Below, one piece after another: positions 54,568 to 64,000 of a stretch of DNA of 64,000 nt (position 1 is the first letter of the stretch; every line of letters starts with the position of its first letter). A program made the position numbers and the translations under genes. The notes under the pieces are model-generated. The model worked only from the letters and a program-made list of their open reading frames with translations, had not been told where the DNA came from and did not search any database. Origin of the DNA: Chrysomallon squamiferum (lineage: Eukaryota; Animalia; Mollusca); the NCBI GenBank assembly GCA_012295275.1, contig CM022670.1:15934001-15998000 (forward strand), in the 5' to 3' direction.

Positions 54568-54696
54568 GTAGGGTTTGCAATTTAGTCCATTGGAGTAATG
54601 GTTTTGTCCTATTGGATTTTTCTCCTGGGACGGTTTTGTCCTAGTAGAGTTTTATCCTAATGGGGGTTTTGTCCTACTAGGGTTTAGTCCATTGGT
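54568..54696. repeat. Degenerate (ggttttgtccta..)n short tandem array
   Basis: Variants of ggttttgtccta and tttagtccattgg repeat about 7 times. Confidence 0.75.
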
Positions 54697-55267
54697 GTGT
54701 AATCTGGTTCCTTACAATGTCTGTCAACTGCTGTGTTTATTTGACTCATATCATCTGAATGTCTTTGGTATGGTAATGTCCACATATTCTCTGGCATGAA
54801 TTGTAACATTTTTTTTACTTCATTTCAAAATATTACATTTTGTAAAAAGTTGCACTTTTTATTGTTGTCATTAAATCCTGTGAAACTTTTTATCTTAAAA
54901 GATAAAAATTTATTGTAAAGATTTTAAAAATTTTATTTTATTTATATTTGCTTTCTTTGTTGGTTTTTTACATGGAACTTTTTTTTTTCATTTTATTTTT
55001 TTATTTTTTTTTCATTTTGGGTAATAACAAATCCACAGGAAAACTTTTGTTAAGAAATATATCAGTGAAAGAGAAATTGTTTTTTTTAATCAAGATTTTA
55101 ATATAACTTTATTCAGTATTATACAAAACAAATTTCTTTGTTTGGCATTTTTGAAAATGTGTCTAAAATGAATTAATTTTTTTCACAGTATAATCAAATT
55201 TTAACATTATTTAACTACCTGTAATAATAGCATAAATGTTTTTTTTTAGTTTTTTTATTAAAAACGT

Positions 55268-55517
55268 AATCTGATTTTACACAACCAGCTGTATAGAAAT
55301 TACTTGAACTAAGAAATTTTGTAATTAAATATATATTCTGATTTTACATAACCAGCTGTACAAAAATTAGCTTGAATTAAAAAAAATGTTTTTTTAAATA
55401 TGGGCCTATATTCTGATTTTACTTTATCAGCTGTATAGAAAGTAGCTTGAATTAATTAAAGAATAATTGAAATCTATTATCTGATCTCATATAACCAGCT
55501 GTATAGAAATTAGCTTG
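55268..55517. repeat. ~70-bp degenerate tandem repeat, 4 units (tctgattttacayaaccagctgtatagaaattagcttgaa)
   Basis: The core recurs at ~55270, 55337, 55412 and 55480. Each copy contains CAGCTG. Confidence 0.9.
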
Positions 55518-58500
55518 TTTTGGTTTTTTTTTTAAATGTACCCTTTCACAGCAGCAGTCACTTCAGCTGGCCAATTGAATCCACGGGCTTCATTAAAACT
55601 ACCTTCTATTTCTCAGTTGACATCTGCCACTCACTGCATTCACTGACTCAGAGGAATATGAAAACCTGCACTCATTTCTTTCATAATCGTTCTTTTTTAC
55701 TCTTCCTTTTTTTTTTTTTAATATTGCATCGTAGCAAATTATATGCTGTTTACAAAATAACAGCAAGTGTCAACTGGTATTTTTAGTAAATGTTTTCGCT
55801 TTATCTTGTGTGTCAACATTCATCTGAAATGATCTGACACTTCCTCAGTTTGCAGCACCAACATGACGCTTTCTAGAGGAGTCTCTCTGTCTCTCTCTCT
55901 CTATCTCTCTCTCTCTCTCTCTCCTTCCTTTTTTGAGTCTGATGAGTGGAGAGACCTCTAGGGAGAGCCAAAGCAGTCACATGACAATGCAGATTAAGAG
56001 TTTTCAGAGAGGCATGACATGTATTTGTGTATATTTCAACAGGTGCTACTTTCCTTCCTGCCTCTGTGATGAATGCAGTAAGTAGCTGATGATGACTGGA
56101 GAACTGATACTAACGTGTGATAGCTGGGGAGATGGCAGGGTGCAGTGGGTACTGAACTGCTGCTAGATAATCTGAACAATCTGCCACATACTCACTTATC
56201 ATCATTAAAATGGTTGACAGTGGAGGAACTGGGGGTAGGGTTAGAGAATGGAGGATGGGTAGTTTTAATTTTTTTTTTTTATTTTTTTTTTTTTTTTTTT
56301 AGTTAAGGAATGGCTGGATAAATTATCTGAACCTGAAATTTTCTGCATTAGTCATGCCATTTGTTTTATTTCATCTGTTTTCAAAAGAAGGAAGAAACAA
56401 TTTGTTTAATTCATTTGTACTTTTAAAGTTATTTCTTTTAATATTTTTTTTTTCTTCAGGTTTTTATTTTGTTTAATTAGATTTAAAAATAATAATAATA
56501 ATAATAAACCATTTGGTTTGTTTTTACTTTTTTACTTTTTTTTTTTTTTTTTAAATGTTTTATGTATATAAATATTTATTATTTATAACAGTTTTAATTG
56601 TTACATATTCACCTTGCAAATTTTTGTATTTAATTTATTTCTATTCTGTCATTTTACACACCTATAAAACACAAACTTAAATCGAAAAAACAATATTTTT
56701 TTACTTATATTTTCTTAAATCTTGTCACAGAATGTCTTTAATAATCTTTAGTAAAGAAAGAAAAAAAAAAAACGTATTAAAACAAACAACTTTGTCACAT
56801 AATTTCTCAGACATCTGCAGGGTTTTTTTTTTTTTTTTTTTTAGTTGCATGTTGGTAACCTGTGAGTTTAAAATGTTTCTGATTAGGGGGAAGCTGGTTG
56901 TCAGAAAAATGGAGAAAGCTCTACATTACCTGTATGTAAGTGAGCCATTAATATTAGCCACAAGAGCACTGAGTGTTTTGTTTTTGATGAACTTGGAACT
57001 TTGAAGACAAAATTAAAAGAAACAGTTGAGATTGTTTACTTACTGTTTGCTACCAGAAGAAGTTTGGTACTCAAGTTAGTTTTTTTTTTTTTTTATGGAG
57101 CTGTTTAAATAAATAATTCATTCCTATTTTCATATTTGTTATTACATGACTGTAAATTTTGTTTTACAAAAAAAAAATGTATTTTTATCACACGAAGTAA
57201 TTTAGGAAAATTGCTTTATGGAAATTTCTCATCAGTTATGATGTAAATAGTCATCTTAACTTTATATATTTTTAGTGCTTGGTTCCTGTTAAAATTGGAT
57301 TGAAAAGTTTATTTTTCCATTTCTCTGTTTTAATTTTCACTTGATGCATATAATTTTTAGTTTGAATTTCAAAAATTATATTCCTTTGGTTTTGTCATTT
57401 TAAAAGATTATTTATATTCTTAAATACATTTTATACAGTTTAATTCTTCAAATATACATATATTTTAATTTTTTTAATTTTTTTATTAATTTTAAATACA
57501 TTTTTATAAATTTGTTTCAGCAATATTTTTTTAAATCTTTCTACATAATTGTTTACTTTTTAAAATTATTTATTAAATTGGTTTCTTATTTATACTCAAC
57601 TTTTTAACCAGAAGGAAAAATAGTTATTTTTGCAGAGGAAGTATATGTAACTTAAATACATATACTTTATACTTAATAAATGAACTGATGCCTATAACAA
57701 GAACATCTCCACATGACTGACATGCATGTATGCAATACTTGTTAAATCAATCAACATCATTTAACAGTAAAGTGTTTTATTTTTTTTATTTTCTCTCTTT
57801 GAACTTTTTAATTATCTTTGTAAACTCTGATAAGTCTTCACACTGCAGATTGCTCTCTTCAGGCCGGAGATAATTCTAAATAGATTTTACATTTATCTGG
57901 CCTTCCTGTTGTATTTACTGGCCCCACAGGTGTATTTGTATTAATAAGTAAATAAATTTAAAATATATATATGTGTGTATATATGTATGTATATAATTTA
58001 TTATTATTATATATATATATATTAAAAAGAATTATATTGTAGATATTGAATGCAAATTTACAATATTTTAGCACACTTCTACATACTAATGATTTTTATA
58101 TATTTAATACTTTCTACTTAGTGTTTCATTTGTTTTCTCAGCCTAGTCTTTCCTGATAATAAAGCATTACACGTTAGCGATTCATTTAGTTCACTAGTCC
58201 AATCTTTCCTGACAATAAAGTATGACTTTTGTTTAAACTGATTAATATCTTTTACTTAAAAGTTTTTATTGGGTCTTTTATTTAAAAATAAGTTGGAGCA
58301 TTCTTTATTTAATGAAAGCAGACTAATTTTTTTAAATTAAAAAATGGATTACTCTTGTAAGTAATTCAGATGGTATGCAAATTTTACAGATAAAATGTAT
58401 TTCTGTTTCTGTACTGGATGTAAACACTTAAATCATACTAAACAAGTTACTAAACAAGGTTACTCTTTTTGAAGTAAAAAGGCACTTCAAGCTTATAACT

Positions 58501-58734
58501 GTTCTATAAAATACCACGAATATAAATTTCTACAATCATTTCAAGATATTGACAACTTTTCTAGTAACTAATAAAAAATATCAGAAAACAAATATCAGCA
58601 ATAACATGAGAACAAATTTAATTTAAATCTTCAATTAATTATCTCTTCAAATATCTTTGTCTGTACCTTGGCCTCAGGCATTTTGTCAACAATTAGATCT
58701 GCACTTGCAAGTGATGATAGCCATCTTTGTAAAT

Positions 58735-58805
58735 TTTTCTTCTTTTTTTTTAATTTTTTTTTTATTTATTTATTTATTTTCTTCTTCTTCTTCTTCTTCT
58801 TATTC

Positions 58806-58901
<96 letters not shown>

Positions 58902-58990
58902 TTTCATCTTTTTCATTTTTATTATATAATTTATTTATTTCTCCTTTTCTCCTTTTTCCTTTTTCTTTATTATTATTTTCTTCTTTTATT
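58735..58990. repeat. Compound (TTTA)n-(TCT)n-(TAT)n-(TTTA)n microsatellite
   Basis: Visible directly. Confidence 0.93.
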
Positions 58991-59887
58991 TTTTTTTGGG
59001 GGGTGGTGGTGTCATTTATTTAATTTTTTTATTTATTTTATGTTCTGGCTTTCAGTAAGATAATAAAAACAGAACAAATCAATTATTGGTATGAAGACTT
59101 TTTTATTGCCAGTTAATGTGTTTGCTTACCTGTTATTCCTAAACAGCAAGAGAGGACATTTACCTAGCAGTCTAATAAAACTGATAGTAAATGTTGATAT
59201 ACTGAGAGAGAGAGAGAGTTTGATGTTTAAATAGTAATAATAATGATAATAATAGTAATAATGACGGTAATAGTAACATAATAAGTAGTAGTAGAAAACA
59301 AAAATGAATAATGATTAGTTATTGTTTTGGTTGTTATTTTTACCACTTCTGTTATTATTATTATTATTATTACTTTTGCTTCTCCTAGTAGTACTATTAC
59401 TATTACTTTTATTATTTCATTATTAGTTATTATTATTATTATTATTGTTGTTGTTGTTATTGTTATTATTATTATTATCATATTGCATTCATGCTTCTTA
59501 AGCTTTGATTTATAATTCATCTTCTCTGCAGTCAAAATACAAAAAAAATTCAAAATACAACCTCCCCCCCAAAAAAACCATTTATAAGTACTTGGTTTAT
59601 TTTAGTTTTACTATAATCTAATATTTTGAATTCTTCTCATAATTCTCTGCTACCCAGTAAGTTTGCTTGAGCAGTTCTGTTGTGAAAACCTATTAAAAAA
59701 CAACCAAAATCCATTCTGAATGAGATAAATGTCTGTACGGCGATAATCTGTTATTGTTGATAACAAATTCGTTATCTCTTGCAGTACACATTAAAGCTTC
59801 CTGGCACTTTTACATGAAATAAATTACCAAATGTCATTTTATGATACATCCTTTTTATAAACAAACATTTGACATGTTTACCTTTTG

Positions 59888-59921
<34 letters not shown>

Positions 59922-60789
59922 TCTTAAATGTTTTAGATTTCATATCTTTAAACAAGAACGTGTAACTATTATATAATTAAAATAACATTTTTTAGAAAAT
60001 GCTTTAAAACAAATTAGAAAAAAAAAATTCCCTTTATTTTCTTTTTTAAAAAAAAAAAGTTCTGTGTCATTTTGTAGAAGAAAAAAAATATTTAAAGATA
60101 GATATAATTTGTCTTGTTTTTTTTTTTTTTTTTTTATTTTTTTTTTTATTTCACAATGATAAAATCTAAACCCTCACTTAAACTGTGACCAGCTGAAATC
60201 TGTTTTAGATGAGTGTATGGCATGATTGAAGTAATTAACCTGATTTTTGATGTACAGGTGAAAGTTCCACTCTGGGCGTTTAAGAGCAAGGATTAGCGCT
60301 GACTGTCGATTTCCCTGTTACCTGTAAAACGTGTATTGATGCCACATCTGAAGTCGTTATTTTATCTGCTGGCGTCTAGGAGGAAGTGACATCATCAAGT
60401 TATGAGAGAATGGTCGGTGGAGCTGTGTGTATGACACTGGAAATCAATTCAGCAGTTAATTTTTCACCCTGCTCTCTCGTGTGTGTCAGCTTTACTGTAG
60501 ATAATAATAACTTTATTTATTATGTTTTTTTTTTTTTTTTTTTTTTGGTTATGTTTTGCACTTGAGTTAATTTGTTTATATTTTTACATTTTGGGGAAAC
60601 ATATTTTACTTTGTTGTTTTTTTTTTTTTTTTTTGTCGTTGTTGTTACTCTTCACCTGCCAAGTGTAATATTTTATCAGTTGATTTGTATATTTTCATGT
60701 TTATTTAATTTCAGTTTCTCCACCTATTTATATCTTTCTCATCTTTTCTGTTCATCCTTTGCTCCATTCATTTTTTTTCAAATCCTTCT

Positions 60790-60915
60790 TTCCATCCATC
60801 TATCAATTCACTCATTTGTTTATCCATTTATTCACTCATCCATCCTTCCGTTAATATATACAGTAATTTGTTCCTCTGTCCATCCATCCATCCATCCATC
60901 CATCCAACCATCCAA
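60790..60915. repeat. Degenerate (CCAT)n tract (similar tracts at ~1197-1225 and ~26805-26915)
   Basis: Visible directly. Confidence 0.85.
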
Positions 60916-63895
60916 GCTCTGACCCATTAACACCTTTCAGTTATCGGAGTGGAATTCTTCAGCTGATATCTGATAATGATTTCGATGAAATCTGCTTCAA
61001 CATGTGTGCAGTTGTTGTAATACTAACACCACAGCAGGTCCCAGGAGACGGAGAGGCCAGTGTTGAGGAAGTTGGTTGTCTTCATCACAGAAGATCAAAG
61101 GACGATGATAGTTAAACATGACAGTGGAGGAATAATATCATTTTCTTTGTTATAGGCAGAGTCAGAGTTAGTTTGCTGTAAACATGTGATTGTCTTATCA
61201 CAACTTGAGTGAAGTTTTAGTAACTGTAGTGGCCAGCATAAACAATCATCTGTGACTATAATGTTACCATTAGTATATACCCTCATATATATATATATAT
61301 ACACACATATCATATATAAAGGTTACATAAGTTGTATATACCACACATGCTTACACATGTACAGTATTATATTTACATGTTAGATATATTCTCACATGTA
61401 AACCTAATTCAGTGGGGGTTTTTCATGCACTTTCACAGTGGCTATTCACCTGTATTTAAGTCTTTAAAATGGGGCAATTTTTATGTATTTGTGAAATATG
61501 AGCATTAAGATATGATTATTTTAAAATTATAATTGCCATTCACAAATTGTTAATAAACAGATGTGTATAGGGTAATCAGTTTGACAAATATCTGTCCAGC
61601 AGTAGGGATATCTTCCATTCTTCATAAGAATTTTATCTGTTCATAGCTTTTTGTTGATTATTAAGATGAGAAGGTTTAATTAAACACAGAATGAATGAAA
61701 CTGTTGTCTGCAGGTTTTATTCTACATGCCAGAGTGGGTACAGTTATTCACCGAAAGCTCTGTCCATATTTACTTTTCAAAGAAGGAAGTTTCTGTAACA
61801 GATTTTACTCAAGAGATATGTCAGAATTTGTCAATTAAACCTTCATGCACTTTCTGATGTCTCACTGCATTATAAGCAAAATGCTAAACTCATGAATAAA
61901 CAAGTTTTGGGTTACATTATAGTTACTTTTCTAATTGGTTTTATTTTTCACAAACTGGAAATGTCTAAGTGTTTGCCTTACTGGTAAAACCAAACACTTT
62001 GAAAAAACTCTCCTGTTGACCACTTGACACAGAATATCCACTGAAATAACATATCTGTGTAGATGGTCTTTTCAACAGATTGACCCAGAAGTTCCGTTTT
62101 TTTCTCTCAGTTTATTTTCTCTCCATTTAGAGCTGAATATCAGATGATGTTTGGTGAGGACATCAAATAAACAGACAGAAGGAAGCTGACAAACACACCA
62201 GGATTGGCTGTACCTATTCCTGCCTTGGTCAGGATCACAGAAAGGGCTGTTGGAACTGTTCATCAGTTACCTAGTATACAAAATATGAACTCAAAAACAG
62301 TTCATGGTCACCCTGCCATTATGTTAAGTACAGAAATGTTCTATTCACATTGCAACTGTTACATATCTGTGTATATGTTACAACTGCCTGTTACAATGTA
62401 GCTATTCAATCAGAACCCATACAGAGATATTTCTTGTTCTGTTTCAGAAAAATAATTCTGTGTGTTTTTTTTAAAACACCTTCTGACGACCATCTGTTTA
62501 CGAAACTCCAGACACAGTACTTTAGATCAAAACTTGATATGCCACAAATCATGTCAGATAAGAGTTTTTTGTTTCTTTTTTTTTTATTTTATAATGTAAG
62601 TTTTTATATTAACCCATTTTTCTTGAAAGAAGGCTACTTTATAATTACTTCACTATCTTCAGACTGAACACATTTTTATACTTGCATCAATCTCCATTTA
62701 AACACCCAGACACCTAACAGTCATCTGATTTATCAGAAGCAATGTCAAATTGAATTTCAGTGGCATATCTCCAGTTATCTCTGAACAGAAGACATTTTGT
62801 GGATTTGATTTCAGCACACTGCTAGTCTTAATATTCTGCATCACCAGGATTGATTGTAATTACTGATTATGTGTGGTCTACATCTGCAATTGTAGGTTTC
62901 ATTTCTGAACATTTATCAAACTACCTATCTGTCTGTCTGTCTGTATGTATGTTTGTATGTGTTTGGATATAAAAACCTGCATTAAAACAAAATATATATA
63001 TAAATAAAATAAAAAAACAACAACACCTGAAACAAAATCACTGTGCTGTTTTGCAAAACACATTAATAATAACTGAGGTAACTAACACCAAAACGATACA
63101 CAATTTGTTTACTCATTCTGCATGGTCATAGCTCAGTCTTCATGGCTGAAAACAAAAAAACCTGGTCGTGAGAAGCTTCTTTCAAAATACCTCACAGACA
63201 TTATCTGCATTATCAGTGGATAAGTCCAATGACCTGTGAAATATTTATTATTAGCGTGGGGATAATAAATAAAAAAGCTAACAAGTTTCATCTGAATTTT
63301 TGTTGTGATGACCTTATGCTCAGTGTCATTTGAAATAATACTTCTGCTAAAATATTACAAACTGTTTTGATCACCAGTAATGAAAAGAATTGCATCATCT
63401 TCGCTTGTTTTCTTTTTCCGTTGTTGTAAATTTGAATTATCTCAGATGACAGCCCTTCTCACACACAGACTCGCACACACACACACACACAAAAAAACAA
63501 CTAACTCAACTCGTGAGCTCATAAAGATAATTTATGAAATGGAAAATCTATTTAAAAGAGTTGTTAGAAAAGAAAAATATTGCTTACTTTATTAAAATTA
63601 AGGCTTTAGGTAAACGCTGCTGTCAATGTTATGTAACAAGGAATTTCGTAATGGGTATTTAAGGTAATTTAATTAGGATGAGATGTGTAGATTGTTTTCA
63701 GTGTTGACTGTAAAATTTATCTCACTAATGAGCTTATTCAGAGTGAATGAGGATCTACTTGTTTGTTTAAAACATGTGTAACTGTAGAACAAACAGTTTT
63801 ATCAACTTTCATTGACTGATTAAGTTCTCTTACAATGCTTTGGTAACTAACTTTTTTTTTGTTTTGTTTTGTTTTTTACTTTGTATATTTTTCAG

Positions 63896-63944
63896 ATCTT
63901 TTCATGGACCAATAAAGCTGCTTTTGTTAGAAATGTTAAAATAA
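63896..63944 (+). CDS. Candidate exon after a strong 3' splice site; all frames stop soon, so possibly a terminal exon (phase 2: xSFHGPIKLLLLEMLK*; phase 1: xLFMDQ*)
   Basis: Branch-point-like ACTAAC at 63846-63851, a ~40-nt T-rich AG-free tract, and tttttcag (AG 63894-95). AATAAA at 63911 and 63940. The exon end is uncertain because of the window edge. Confidence 0.4.
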
Positions 63945-64000
63945 AATTTTGTAAATGGAGATATTAACTGCAGCAGTTATGTTTTATGAATTTGTTTATT

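Noticed and set aside
56043-56077. 35-nt + strand exon-like unit (tttcaacag...GCA|gtaagt)
   Set aside because: Frame-shifting length, pyrimidine-rich interior and no supporting context. Likely a pseudo-exon.
56066-56107. C/D-box-like arrangement (GTGATGA..CTGA TGATGA..CTGA)
   Set aside because: Only ~42 nt long, D' and C' abut, there is no terminal stem, and I see no rRNA or snRNA guide.

Overview
This is AT-rich, CpG-depleted animal genomic DNA. It looks invertebrate and possibly molluscan, which is an inference from composition only. I found no long ORF, recognisable RNA gene or coding transposon, and the supplied ORF track is essentially microsatellite or low-complexity noise. Long poly-T runs outnumber poly-A runs on the + strand, and one clean exon-like unit sits at 48561-48618 (VFTQVNPKDNFPDFNDDED). 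Both suggest the window lies inside very large introns of a + strand gene that I cannot name. Weaker micro-exon candidates are at 2535, 7348, 53422 and 63896. The main feature is architectural: about 70 (counted by eye) unique, higher-complexity blocks of ~200-600 bp alternate quasi-periodically, every ~0.6-1 kb, with poly(dA:dT) or microsatellite spacers. The blocks carry GATA, E-box, TALE, Smad, TCF, homeodomain and ETS-like words, as expected for a dense enhancer array or genomic regulatory block. The window also holds several minisatellites (30, 41, 50, 53, ~70 and 72 bp units), a 126-bp loopless palindrome, a 38-bp perfect inverted repeat and a local 130-bp duplication. All counts are by eye and no statistics or database searches were run.
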